This document shows, one piece after another, positions 30,960 through 39,998 of a stretch of 64,000 nucleotides of DNA; position 1 is the stretch's first letter; each line of letters begins with the position of its first letter. The stretch spans positions 32,001-96,000 of the forward strand of contig JBJKRI010000004.1 in assembly GCA_046704725.1 (NCBI GenBank). Reading direction: 5' to 3'. A program made the translations under genes and the position numbers. The notes beneath the pieces are model-generated. The model searched no databases, had not been told where the DNA came from, and saw only the letters and a program-made list of their open reading frames with translations. Origin of the DNA: Candidatus Woesearchaeota archaeon. Its GTDB lineage: Archaea > Nanobdellota > Nanobdellia > Woesearchaeales > SKIA01.

Positions 30960-31424
30960 CTATTCGGAATCCTGCGCCGCAGGCTTTTCCTCGGCCTGAC
31001 GAGCCGTCTTCTCCGAAGCATCCTTGTCGCTCTTGGAAGCCTCGTCAGCCTTCTGGGCTTTCTTATCCTCGGCAGGAGCTTCGTCAGTTTTCTTGGCCTT
31101 CTTCGCTTCCTTCTTGGCCTTCTTGTCGTCCTTGGCAGCCTCCTCGGCAGCGATCTCGGACGGGAGCTGCTCGCCCTCGAGCACAGCATGCACGACGCCA
31201 TCCTCGTCCTTCTCGGTGACGACAGTCACGCGAGCGGGCGGCTTTCGCGAACCGCGTTCCCAGAGCAGCTCGTTGATGGACGGACCGATACGGACATCAT
31301 CTCCTTTCATGTGCTTGGACAGGAAACTGCGCACGGACGAAACCGCCTTCTTCGTGCGCTGGTGACGCTGCGAGCGCTGGAAGGAGCGTCGGAGCGGAAT
31401 CGTGTAGGTGCGCTTATCGGCCAT
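30960..31424 (-). CDS. rpl31e: 50S ribosomal protein L31e with a K/A/E-rich tail
   Basis: RTYTIPLR...RTKKAV...FLSKHMK...INELLWERG..KPP. Confidence 0.95.
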   Translation of the reverse strand: MADKRTYTIPLRRSFQRSQRHQRTKKAVSSVRSFLSKHMKGDDVRIGPSINELLWERGSRKPPARVTVVTEKDEDGVVHAVLEGEQLPSEIAAEEAAKDDKKAKKEAKKAKKTDEAPAEDKKAQKADEASKSDKDASEKTARQAEEKPAAQDSE

Positions 31425-31428
31425 GGTC

Positions 31429-31599
31429 CTATACCTTCAGGCGCGATCGGCGCCAGTGACGCTTGGTGTGCGTGTGGCGGCCGGGATGAACATTGTAGCG
31501 GCCGTACTTCTTCGAGACGGTCCAGAACGGAGCCCAGACGGTCTGCGTGTTTCGCTTGGCGAGGCGTCGCTTGACCGCCGGGTGCTTGTTGCGGGTCAT
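31429..31599 (-). CDS. rpl39e: 50S ribosomal protein L39e (not in the ORF track)
   Basis: Manual translation MTRNKHPAVKRRLAKRNTQTVWAPFW...KRHWRRSRLKV; sits between S19e and L31e. Confidence 0.92.
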   Translation of the reverse strand: MTRNKHPAVKRRLAKRNTQTVWAPFWTVSKKYGRYNVHPGRHTHTKRHWRRSRLKV

Positions 31600-32018
31600 G
31601 CTGTCACCCCGATGACAGCCTTGTCCAGAAGAGACTCGCCCTTCGGCGTGAGGACACGGCCCTTATGGCCCTCGACCTCGGCCTGCTTGACCAGGCCGGC
31701 GGCCTCGAGCTGCTGGAGCGCCGTGCGGATCACGCTGCCGGAGCCCTTGGCGAAAGCGTCGGGCTTGTGGCCGCGGTTCTTGCGCCCGCCGTAGAGCACG
31801 CGGAGCTTGTTGGTCCCGATAGGACCGCGCAGAGCGACCTTGCGGAGCACGGCGGCGCAGCGCACATACCACCAGTCAGGCTGCATGGGCGCGCGCTCCT
31901 TGTGCATGCCCGTCTTGACATAGGACGCCCACACTGGAGGCTGCACTTGCTCAAGCTGCTTGAGCTCTTGCGCAACGCGCATGATGAGCGCCTCTGGAGC
32001 CGCAAACTGGATTCGCAT
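31596..32018 (-). CDS. rps19e: 30S ribosomal protein S19e
   Basis: PPVWASYVKTGMHKERAP..PDWWYVRCAA...GSGSVIRTALQQLE. Confidence 0.96.
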   Translation of the reverse strand: MRIQFAAPEALIMRVAQELKQLEQVQPPVWASYVKTGMHKERAPMQPDWWYVRCAAVLRKVALRGPIGTNKLRVLYGGRKNRGHKPDAFAKGSGSVIRTALQQLEAAGLVKQAEVEGHKGRVLTPKGESLLDKAVIGVTA

Positions 32019-32061
32019 GTTCCGGGCGAATCGAAGACGTTTTATAAAGATATTGGTCGCC

Positions 32062-32355
32062 TCACGCGCTCTTGAGCGCGCGAGAGGCCTCGTCGAGGTC
32101 CTTGAGCACGCCGTCGAGGGCGAAGTAGAGATTCTCGTCCCGACGCGACGCCTTGAGGGTGTGACCTCCGACAAGGAGTTCCCCGGAGACGGTGCACTTA
32201 TCGTCGAGGTCGGCGGTGATGGTCAGGCCCTCGAAGCCACGGACGCGCTCGGAGACATGCTTTGTGAAATTACCGACGATCTTCTTGACAACGATAAGGT
32301 CGCTGCTGTCCTCCTCGTCGAAACCGACGAGTTCGATATTCCCTCCGAGTTCCAT
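32062..32355 (-). CDS. Hypothetical protein, possible HPF/RaiA-like fold
   Basis: 97 aa with a beta-alpha-beta-beta-beta-alpha pattern ending ENLYFALDGVLKDLD. Confidence 0.6.
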   Translation of the reverse strand: MELGGNIELVGFDEEDSSDLIVVKKIVGNFTKHVSERVRGFEGLTITADLDDKCTVSGELLVGGHTLKASRRDENLYFALDGVLKDLDEASRALKSA

Positions 32356-32515
32356 GCGAAGCCCCGCTATAGCCCCCTAAGCGGCGTTCGGGTATAAAAA
32401 GTCTCTGTCCGTACACGTCCAACACCTTTAAAAACGAAGCCCCGTTCTCATCAGCGACGGAATGTGGGCCTGTCTCGCCTGAACCGTCCAAGACACCAAG
32501 AACGGAGGACACAAC

Positions 32516-33082
32516 ATGGCAATCTACAAGCAATTGCGAGAATTCTGGCAGAGCAAGGCTGGAGAGAAAGCGCTCTCCCAACAGCTCATCGCCTGGCGAA
32601 AAGAACCGGTCACGGTACGTTTGGAGCATCCAACGCGCCTCGATCGCGCACGCAGCGTCGGCTACAAGGCCAAGCAAGGCTATGTGATCGTGCGCCAACG
32701 CGTCTTGCGCGGCGGAAGGCAACGACCGGCCATCGAGCACGGCAGGCGCCCGAGGCACAACCGACGCAAGAAGAACCTCAAGCTCGACTACCGCCTCGTC
32801 GCCGAGGGACGCGCGCAGGCGAAGTTCCCGAACCTGACCGTCCTGAACAGCTACCTGCTCGGAAAGGACGGCAAGCATGCCTGGTACGAGATCATCCTCG
32901 TGGACCCGCAGCACCCGAACATCGCCAAGGACCGCTCGCTCAAAGGCGCCGCAGCAAAGCGTGGACGCGTGGAGCGCGGCCTGACCAACGCCGGCAAGCG
33001 GGCGCGCGGACAGAAAGGCAAGGGCAAGGGTCACGAGAAGAACCGCCCGAGCCTGGCAGCGCACCAGAAGCGCGGGAACTAA
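32516..33082 (+). CDS. rpl15e: 50S ribosomal protein L15e
   Basis: PTRLDRARSVGYKAKQG, NLTVLNSY...WYEIILVDP.HP, RGLTNAG. Confidence 0.97.
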   Translation: MAIYKQLREFWQSKAGEKALSQQLIAWRKEPVTVRLEHPTRLDRARSVGYKAKQGYVIVRQRVLRGGRQRPAIEHGRRPRHNRRKKNLKLDYRLVAEGRAQAKFPNLTVLNSYLLGKDGKHAWYEIILVDPQHPNIAKDRSLKGAAAKRGRVERGLTNAGKRARGQKGKGKGHEKNRPSLAAHQKRGN

Positions 33083-33113
33083 GCGGAAGCGTATCGCTGA
33101 AGCGGACGTTCGT

Positions 33114-33665
33114 TCACTCGGTGAACAAACGGTGCTTCTCGTTGCCAGAGAGCTCTGCCATGATACGGCGGATGATAAGCTTCTGGGGGTCGGGCAAGAG
33201 CTTGACGCGCTTTCGGATATCGGCGAAACTCTCGAAATCCCCGTCGCGGCGCGCCTCGATGACCTCCCACATATGCTTTTTGCCTAGGCCGGGGAGCAGT
33301 TCGAGCGAATGCATGCGCGTCGACAAGGGCTGTGCCTTGTTGAAGAACTCGATAAAGCGCTGCTCGCTCTCCTTGACCAGGCGCGCGATGACGACCTGCA
33401 ATTCACCGGAGGCCGTGTTCGTGAGCTTGTCGCGCGTGATCCGTCCCTCGATGTGATGCACCTTGTCGCGCTTACCCTCGCCGATGTACACCTCGTCGCC
33501 GATATTGAGGAAGACCCCTTCTTTGGGGACGAGTTCCAACAGGGAGAAACGCGTCTTGCCGATCGCCTGCGCGATGGCGCTCTTGCGATGGCTCGGACGC
33601 TTGTCGAGCGGATGGCCTTCGGGCAAGAAGTCCAATACTACCGCGTGCTCCTCCCTCCCAACCAT
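33114..33665 (-). CDS. DUF655 predicted RNA-binding protein
   Basis: VLDFLPEG, AQAIG..FSLLE, FFNKAQPLSTRMHSLELLPGLGKK; conserved position after rpoF. Confidence 0.93.
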   Translation of the reverse strand: MVGREEHAVVLDFLPEGHPLDKRPSHRKSAIAQAIGKTRFSLLELVPKEGVFLNIGDEVYIGEGKRDKVHHIEGRITRDKLTNTASGELQVVIARLVKESEQRFIEFFNKAQPLSTRMHSLELLPGLGKKHMWEVIEARRDGDFESFADIRKRVKLLPDPQKLIIRRIMAELSGNEKHRLFTE

Positions 33666-33700
33666 AGCATATCCTCCGGAAAACGACCTTATAAACGTTT

Positions 33701-34039
33701 CTACGCGTTGAGCGCGTCGATGATCTTCTGCTGATAGTCTTTGTTCACCGTCAGCGTGTAGCCGGACAGGATCAGGTTGAGCTCCTTGACGGTCTTGGGC
33801 ATCAGATCGATGATCTTGTGGATATGGAAGGGCTTGAGACGCGGCACGTTGAGCGCCTCGATGGCGGTGAAAAGCTGCTCGATGCGCTCGGCATCGACAA
33901 CATGGATGTGATTGAGGTGGTCCAGGGTCTTGCCGGCACGGAAGCTGAGCTCCCCATCGCGCTCCTGAATCGCGGTGAGCTTATCCTTGAGCTCGCTGAG
34001 CGTGAGCGTCTGCTCCTCCAGAATCTGCGGTTGCGACAT
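33701..34039 (-). CDS. rpoF: RNA polymerase subunit Rpo4 (F)
   Basis: ELSFRAGKTLDHL...KIIDLMPKTVKEL; rpl21e-rpoF-DUF655 gene order. Confidence 0.88.
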   Translation of the reverse strand: MSQPQILEEQTLTLSELKDKLTAIQERDGELSFRAGKTLDHLNHIHVVDAERIEQLFTAIEALNVPRLKPFHIHKIIDLMPKTVKELNLILSGYTLTVNKDYQQKIIDALNA

Positions 34040-34330
34040 CTAGACCCTCCTTAGGTGCGACGGGTGGACGATCAACGTCTTGGCCTTGCCACCGTCCTGG
34101 ACATGGATGAGATAACACTCGCCACTCTTGCCAGTGACGCGACCGGCCTTGCCGTGGAAGCGCGGCAGGTACATGCCCTCCTGCACAGCAGGCTCGACCG
34201 CGAGCAGCACCTCATCGCCCTCAGAGAACGTCTGGAGGGCGCGACGGATGCTGATTTTGCCGCGCGTGCGCGGCGACTTGGCGAGCTTCGTACGCGTCTT
34301 GCGGCGCATGCCGCCCTTCCGTTGCACCAT
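34040..34330 (-). CDS. rpl21e: 50S ribosomal protein L21e
   Basis: G.RRKTRTKL...F.EGDEV...GMYLPRFHGKAG.V...KTLIVHPSHL. Confidence 0.96.
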   Translation of the reverse strand: MVQRKGGMRRKTRTKLAKSPRTRGKISIRRALQTFSEGDEVLLAVEPAVQEGMYLPRFHGKAGRVTGKSGECYLIHVQDGGKAKTLIVHPSHLRRV

Positions 34331-34432
34331 GGGCTGTGCGAACGGCAGGCCATTTTTAAAGGTTTGCGTCTGGCGCATACGCGAAATCCTTAAATACGGG
34401 GTCCTCCGGGATTCATGTAGCACACGAGGTGA

Positions 34433-34657
34433 GTGCCTATCGCAAAACACATCCAATCCCACGTGCTCGAGAAGGCCATCGGAACGCTGATGGTGATTTT
34501 CGGCCTGTTCGCGCTGTACATCTTCTTCACGACGCTGCCGCAAGCGCAGCAGGTCTCGCAAGAGGTCGCGATCATCGAGATACTGCTCATCATCGTGCTG
34601 GCCATCCTGGCGCAGACGATCGTGCTGATCAGGATCTACGAGAAGGTCGAGAAGTAG
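34433..34657 (+). CDS. Small 2-TM membrane protein
   Basis: GAGGTGA SD before GTG; two hydrophobic helices; T-run after the stop codon. Confidence 0.7.
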   Translation: MPIAKHIQSHVLEKAIGTLMVIFGLFALYIFFTTLPQAQQVSQEVAIIEILLIIVLAILAQTIVLIRIYEKVEK

Positions 34658-34667
34658 TACGTTTTTT

Positions 34668-34783
34668 GATTCGGCAGGCTCCTACGTATCAGGGAGTTGC
34701 TTGGAACTTCATCGCATTACTTTTGCGGTGGGGATGCGGTATAGCATAGACAGATACCACTCCACGCAGAGAGCCAATAGACC
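34668..34783. ncRNA. Candidate structured RNA, possibly a highly divergent 5S rRNA (minus strand)
   Basis: About 116 nt with nested helices TTGGC/GCCGA, GCGTGG/CCACCGC, GGTAT/ATACC, AGTT/AACT; lacks the canonical CCGAAC loop. Confidence 0.3.
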
Positions 34784-34815
34784 ATTCTTCGTGTGCTGCT
34801 GCGGAAAGACGTATT

Positions 34816-35547
34816 TTACAGGCTCTTGGAGACCGCCTTCTCGGCGGCCGTGGCCTCTTCGGGCAGGACCTCGTCGGCGATAGCAGACGGGACGCCGGCC
34901 TCGGTGAGAGCCGCCTTGATAGCGCTGCGCTCCTTGCCCGCCATGGAGGACACGATGCCTTGCGCAGTGGCGAGGAGCTCCTCGCGGCGCTCCTCCATCT
35001 CGGCCTTGAGCCGGGCGCGCTCCTCCTCGAGCTGTTTCTTCTCCTCAGCGGAGATCTCGGTCTTGCGCGCATTAATCTGGGAATCGTACTCGCCCGCCTC
35101 GATGCGCTTGAGCGCCTCTTGCGCGGGCTTGCCCTCGACGAGGACGCCCATGGACTGGCAGGTGCCGACGATCTCACGGACCTTGCCCTTCATGTCCTTG
35201 CCGAGGAGGTTGTCCTCCTTCATGATGGCGATCTTGATGACCTGCTCGATGGCGAGGTCAGCGACCTTGTCGAGCAACGGATTGCCGGCGCCCTTCTTGA
35301 TGCCCGCCTCCTTCTTGATGAGGGCGGAGGCCGGCGGGGTGCCGACGGTGATGGTGAAAGCCTTGGTCTCGGTGTCCACCGAGACGGTGACAGGCACTTG
35401 CATGCCTTTGAAGCCGTCAGTCTTCTTGTTGATCTCCGAGACGACCTGCCCGATATTCACACCAAGCGGGCCGAGCGCGGGACCGAGCGGAGGCGCAGCG
35501 GTGGCTTTGCCCCCTTCGATGAGCACGTCGACGGATTCAGTGGCCAT
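34816..35547 (-). CDS. rpl11: 50S ribosomal protein L11 with C-terminal extension
   Basis: GGKATAAPPLGPALGPLGVN, GTPPASALIKKE, GTCQSMG. Confidence 0.97.
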   Translation of the reverse strand: MATESVDVLIEGGKATAAPPLGPALGPLGVNIGQVVSEINKKTDGFKGMQVPVTVSVDTETKAFTITVGTPPASALIKKEAGIKKGAGNPLLDKVADLAIEQVIKIAIMKEDNLLGKDMKGKVREIVGTCQSMGVLVEGKPAQEALKRIEAGEYDSQINARKTEISAEEKKQLEEERARLKAEMEERREELLATAQGIVSSMAGKERSAIKAALTEAGVPSAIADEVLPEEATAAEKAVSKSL

Positions 35548-35571
35548 GCTCGGGCGAATCAGGAGCTGTTT

Positions 35572-36099
35572 TTAAACGTTGCTCTCAAACAGCTTACGGA
35601 GCGCGGCGTCGCACGCATCCTGGAGAGAGGTGTGGATGGGGAAACCAGGACGCTCCTGTTGGAATGCTCTTCTCAACGTCCGAAGACCCGAGAAGCCCTG
35701 CTCCGCCCCCAGGACGAAGGACGGCCCGTCGCCCGCCTTGTACTGGCCGATGATGGTCCCAAGCTCCCTGCGAGTGTCCATACCGTAGGGATGTGCGCAG
35801 TTGTGCTCTTGTTCGGCTGGAAGATAGCCAAGGATCACTCCTCGCTTTCCCGCGGATTCAAGATAATGATCCTCCCAGTAGAACTGTCCGTTGATCCTGT
35901 CAGGGGAACGCAAGCGGAATCGCTCATAGCGGGGAGGAAGAGAATGGTCCGGGCTGACGATAGGGATATCCGGACTCCCAAGCCACAACAACTCATTCGC
36001 CTCCTCACGCCACACAGGAGCGCCCCCGATCGGCCCGAGGAGGAACACGTGGGGCTCTCGGAGAGTGAAGCGATCGTACGGAATGATGACCCGACCCAC
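35572..36099 (-). CDS. Nucleoside 2-deoxyribosyltransferase-like protein
   Basis: VFLLGPI...WREEA...QFYWE..YL...TRRELG. Confidence 0.65.
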   Translation of the reverse strand: MGRVIIPYDRFTLREPHVFLLGPIGGAPVWREEANELLWLGSPDIPIVSPDHSLPPRYERFRLRSPDRINGQFYWEDHYLESAGKRGVILGYLPAEQEHNCAHPYGMDTRRELGTIIGQYKAGDGPSFVLGAEQGFSGLRTLRRAFQQERPGFPIHTSLQDACDAALRKLFESNV

Positions 36100-36123
36100 G
36101 AGTTCTGCCTAGCGTTCCACTAT

Positions 36124-36663
36124 TTACGCGTTGCTCTTGCGCGCGAAGAAGAACTGGAGCGCGAATATCGCGGCGAAGACGGACAAGGAAAGCAGCGGGA
36201 TGGTGAAAAAGCCGAACGCGTTGAGGTACGGGCTCGCGCAGGACGCGGTGGCGTCGCACGGGGCGGAGGCCTCGAGGAAGGCGAGGTGCTGCAAGGCATA
36301 GTGATATATGGCTACAAGTCCGCCAATCACCGTCATCCAGAGCGCCAGGAGACGCTGCGACTTCCGCTGGTACAGCGCGAGCGCGAACACCAATACGAGC
36401 GGGTACATGAAGATGCGCTGGAACCAACAGAGCACGCAAGGCGTGAGATTGGCGATGTTGGACAGGTACAGGCTTCCGAGGGTCGCTGCAGCGGCCAAGA
36501 ACAGGCTCCACCGGTCGGCGGTACGTCGCAAGTGCTTCTCCAGCGCCTTCCAGAAGGATGGCTTGGTCCATGCGGCCACGCCGACGATCACCAGCGCGGC
36601 CCACAATGCGAGCGCCGCAGCAGAAGCGATTTCAAAGATGATAGGCAGGTAGGCCAGCGTCAT
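36124..36663 (-). CDS. dsbB: Disulfide bond formation protein B (DsbB/BdbC)
   Basis: ATLGSLYLS...PCVLCWFQRIFMYPL; second Cys pair (PCDATASC). Confidence 0.93.
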   Translation of the reverse strand: MTLAYLPIIFEIASAAALALWAALVIVGVAAWTKPSFWKALEKHLRRTADRWSLFLAAAATLGSLYLSNIANLTPCVLCWFQRIFMYPLVLVFALALYQRKSQRLLALWMTVIGGLVAIYHYALQHLAFLEASAPCDATASCASPYLNAFGFFTIPLLSLSVFAAIFALQFFFARKSNA

Positions 36664-37148
36664 GCCGTCTCGTCGAACTCCTCATCATCACGGCGGATGA
36701 CGCGGATAGCGTCCATCTTGAGCGTGATGGGGATGCTGACGACCGCCTCGAGAAGCTCGACGATGACCTCCTCCTTGGTCGGGTCCACGCGCGTGACCTT
36801 GGCCTTCTCGCGCTTGAACGGACCGGAGATGATCTCGGCGATGTCACCCTTGCGGATGTTCATCTCTTTTTTGACCTGCTCGAGCATGTGCTCGATCTCC
36901 TTGTACTCCACCTCGTTGGGGAGCACGCCCTTCGCGTAGGGAACGCCGTGCGCTGCCTGCTCCGCATCGGAACGGGAAGCAGCCTCCACGAAGATATAGC
37001 CGCGCATGCCGTGCGGGCGGACCACGGAGTACACATTGAGGCCTTTCTTGTTCGCGTTGGACGCGACGAACGTGACGACCTGATCCTCACGGTTCGCCGT
37101 GGTACGCAGCGCGTAGATGTGTCCTTCCTGGGATTCTGCTTCGGTCAT
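36660..37148 (-). CDS. spt5: Transcription elongation factor Spt5
   Basis: NGN domain (RGYIFVEA) plus KOW (GDIAEIISGPFKREKAKV). Confidence 0.96.
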   Translation of the reverse strand: MTEAESQEGHIYALRTTANREDQVVTFVASNANKKGLNVYSVVRPHGMRGYIFVEAASRSDAEQAAHGVPYAKGVLPNEVEYKEIEHMLEQVKKEMNIRKGDIAEIISGPFKREKAKVTRVDPTKEEVIVELLEAVVSIPITLKMDAIRVIRRDDEEFDETA

Positions 37149-37152
37149 TGGT

Positions 37153-37326
37153 TCAGCCGCCTTGGGTGATGAGGATATAGCCGATCTGGATGATGAAGCC
37201 GATCAGCCCGATAACAATCAGGCCAAGACCGGTGATCTTCACCAACTCGGTGAACTCGCTCTGGTCGGGCTTGCGTGTGATCTTGAGCACACGCACGCAG
37301 TTGTGCCAGAAGAGCTTCAAATCCAT
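37153..37326 (-). CDS. secE: Protein translocase subunit SecE/Sec61-gamma (not in the ORF track)
   Basis: Manual translation RVLKITRKPDQSEF..LVKITGLGLIVIGLIGFII; ftsZ-secE-spt5 gene order. Confidence 0.93.
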   Translation of the reverse strand: MDLKLFWHNCVRVLKITRKPDQSEFTELVKITGLGLIVIGLIGFIIQIGYILITQGG

Positions 37327-37363
37327 GCCCCGGACAATCGGCGTCGTCTTATAAATGTTGCCG

Positions 37364-38503
37364 CTAGTCGACGAACTCGATGCCGAGCTCGGACTGGACC
37401 TTGTGCTTCTCGTCGATGGCCTTCTTCTTGACGACAGAAGCCCCGGTGATCTGCTCGCTATGCACGCCGGTCACGATGATCATGACGCGCAACGTGCCTT
37501 CGAGGTCGTCGCGGATCTGGGCTCCCCAGATGATGCGAGCATCCTCGTCGAGCTGCTCGGACACCTCTTCGACGACCAATCGAGCCTCCTCGAGGGTGAG
37601 GTCCGGTCCGCCGACGACATTGATGAGCGCGCCGTTCGCGCCCTTGATATCGGCGTCGAGCAAGGGATTCGTGACCGCCTTGACGACCGCGTCCCGCGCC
37701 CGGTCAGACGTGTCCGACTCGCCCACTCCGATAAGCGCGACGCCGCCCTTTCCCATGACGGTCTTGATGTCCGCGAAGTCGAGGTTTACGAGGCCTGCCT
37801 TGGTGACCAGCTCGGCGATGCCCTTGACCGCGTTGGTGAGTATCTCGTCAGCGACCTTGAAGGCCGTGTGTATCGGCAGGTCGGGCGCGAGCTCGAGGAG
37901 CTTGTCGTTGGGGATGATGATGAGCGTGTCGACATTGTCCTGCATGCGCTCGAGCCCCCACATGGCGTTGTCCTTGCGACGGCCGCCCTCCATGTGGAAG
38001 GGTGTCGTCACGACACCGACGACGAGCGCTCCCTGTTTCTTCGCGATCTCCGCGACGACGGGCGCAGAACCGGTGCCCGTCCCACCGCCGAGCCCGCACG
38101 TGATAAAGATGAGGTCCGCGCCAGCGACGGCCTCGCGTATCTCGTGCTCTTGCTCGCGGGCGGCCTCCTCGCCGACCTTGGGGATGCTTCCAGCGCCAAG
38201 GCCTTTGGTGGTCTCACGCCCGATGAGAATCTTCTTGTCCGCGGAGGTGTATAATAGGTCCTGCGCGTCCGTATTGAGCGCAATGGTCTCCGCGCCCTCC
38301 ACGCCGATCTCCGTGATGCGATTGACGGTATTCTTTCCCGCGCCGCCGCAACCGACCACGCGGATGTTCGCTCGCTGCGCCGCGAGCAACTGCTCCAATT
38401 CGTCATCGATGGAATGCCGCTTCTGCGGACGATCGGGTTCGGTGCGTTGCTGCGCTTGCTGAATATAGCTGTCCATGTCGTCGCTCTCCGGAAATGTCTC
38501 CAT
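37364..38503 (-). CDS. ftsZ: Cell division protein FtsZ
   Basis: VGCGGAG, NTDAQDL, GLGGGTGTG, VNLDFAD, C-terminal ELGIEFV. Confidence 0.98.
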   Translation of the reverse strand: METFPESDDMDSYIQQAQQRTEPDRPQKRHSIDDELEQLLAAQRANIRVVGCGGAGKNTVNRITEIGVEGAETIALNTDAQDLLYTSADKKILIGRETTKGLGAGSIPKVGEEAAREQEHEIREAVAGADLIFITCGLGGGTGTGSAPVVAEIAKKQGALVVGVVTTPFHMEGGRRKDNAMWGLERMQDNVDTLIIIPNDKLLELAPDLPIHTAFKVADEILTNAVKGIAELVTKAGLVNLDFADIKTVMGKGGVALIGVGESDTSDRARDAVVKAVTNPLLDADIKGANGALINVVGGPDLTLEEARLVVEEVSEQLDEDARIIWGAQIRDDLEGTLRVMIIVTGVHSEQITGASVVKKKAIDEKHKVQSELGIEFVD

Positions 38504-38520
38504 TCCTGGATATTTAAGGA

Positions 38521-39180
38521 TTACGCATCGGACTTCTTGGGGGCGCGGAATTCGACGCCCGTCGCCGCTGTATGCGCAGCGACCTCATCGGAGACCTGCT
38601 TTTGCGCCTGTTCCGGCAATTCCAGGGGAAGCTCGAGCACGGCTTTCCCCTCGTCGATGGTTATCTTGGGAGAGAAGCCGAGCATGCGCCCCACGATCGC
38701 CTCCACCTGTTCCGGAAGCTCATCGACAGTGCCTTCGAGCATGACCTCGTACGTGAGCTCCTTTCCCGCGAGGGGATGGTTGAAATCGACGATGATTCGG
38801 TTGCCCGTGACGTTGCGGACCACTCCCCGCACACCGTCGATATCCACTTCCAGTCCGGGCTGGGGAACAACCTCCTGTTTCTTGAAGGCGGACAAGGGCA
38901 TGAGCTTGATGCGGTCGGCGCGTTTCTTGCCGAAGGCGTCCTCGGCCGACAAGGTGATAGAGAACGTGCCTTCCGGCCCCTTACCGACGAGCGCCGCGTC
39001 GAGCGCTGGCAAGAGGAATCCCTCGCCCACGCAGACGGTCAACGGCTCGAAGGTGACGTTCCGGCCAGCGAGACCGTGCTCTTTGGCGACGCTCTCCTTT
39101 GTCGTGTCGAAGACCTCACCAGTCTCTGCGATCCTGCCGGTGAAATCGAGGCGGACGAAGTCGCCCTTCTTGATGGCCAT
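38521..39180 (-). CDS. slyD: FKBP-type peptidyl-prolyl isomerase (SlyD-like, long archaeal form)
   Basis: GEVFDTT, EDAFG, VDFNHPLAGKEL. Confidence 0.93.
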   Translation of the reverse strand: MAIKKGDFVRLDFTGRIAETGEVFDTTKESVAKEHGLAGRNVTFEPLTVCVGEGFLLPALDAALVGKGPEGTFSITLSAEDAFGKKRADRIKLMPLSAFKKQEVVPQPGLEVDIDGVRGVVRNVTGNRIIVDFNHPLAGKELTYEVMLEGTVDELPEQVEAIVGRMLGFSPKITIDEGKAVLELPLELPEQAQKQVSDEVAAHTAATGVEFRAPKKSDA

Positions 39181-39248
39181 GCGTGACGGACTTGTCGCGC
39201 ATTTATAAGGTTGTTGAAGAGAAAGAAAAGAGAAAAGAAGAATGTCCC

Positions 39249-39833
39249 TTACGGGTACAGGTACACGCGTTGTGTACTGATCACGTCGGGCGTGTTGAAC
39301 TCCACGAGCGTGGGCGTACCGATCTTCGGGATGAAGTTCAGACGCATGTGCTCGTCCTGGCCTATGGAGCGGGGCATAGCGAACTGCAACCGCACAACAT
39401 CTCCACGTTGGAGGTTGCCGTCCAAGTGGTTGGTGCCGTTGATAAGGTACGTGATGCCGAAGGTTCCCGTCGTCGCGTTGGCTACGGTCGCGAACGATGA
39501 GTTGCCGCTGTAAGTCAGGGTAGTCGTGGAGTTGTCCGTGTCCACCGTGAACGTCACTTCATCAAGCTTCATGGGATCAGAGCCGGGGCTCAACTTCATC
39601 TCCAGCGAGAAATTCTCAAGAGTCTGGTCCGTGCCGTCGACGGCAGAGACCTCGATGACTTTCGCATTCGTGGATATCTCGCCTTTCGATTGCTGACCGG
39701 TCGACAGGGCCTTCTGCTGAAGACTGCCCGCAGTCTGGAGCAATACTCCTGCAGCCACCGCAGCGACCAACAGCATGGCGATGAAGATGATGAGCGTGCC
39801 TACGCCCATTTCTGCTTTCTTGTTCCACTTCAT
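39249..39833 (-). CDS. arlB: Archaellin (archaeal flagellin)
   Basis: KKA|EMGVGTLIIFIAMLLVAAVAAGVLLQTAGSLQQKALSTG. Confidence 0.93.
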   Translation of the reverse strand: MKWNKKAEMGVGTLIIFIAMLLVAAVAAGVLLQTAGSLQQKALSTGQQSKGEISTNAKVIEVSAVDGTDQTLENFSLEMKLSPGSDPMKLDEVTFTVDTDNSTTTLTYSGNSSFATVANATTGTFGITYLINGTNHLDGNLQRGDVVRLQFAMPRSIGQDEHMRLNFIPKIGTPTLVEFNTPDVISTQRVYLYP

Positions 39834-39998
39834 AAGGCGTTCACCTATATACCGTATACTGTGCTACGGTTTTGTATACTAGGAGGTCTTGAGTATAAAA
39901 ATGTTTGCCCCCCCTTATATTGCTCAATCCAAGCGAGAGAGCGCCCGCTGCGGGCGAAATACGCCACCTATTTAAAGAAGCGCACGTTGCGGACCGCT

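Noticed and set aside
34690-34720. SAM-I riboswitch-like words (GATGAAG...GCAAC on the minus strand)
   Set aside because: The order of the remaining conserved elements and the position downstream of a gene do not fit.
39851-39870. Inverted repeat ACCGTA-N8-TACGGT upstream of the archaellin gene
   Set aside because: Only 6-bp arms and a single occurrence, too weak to call an operator.
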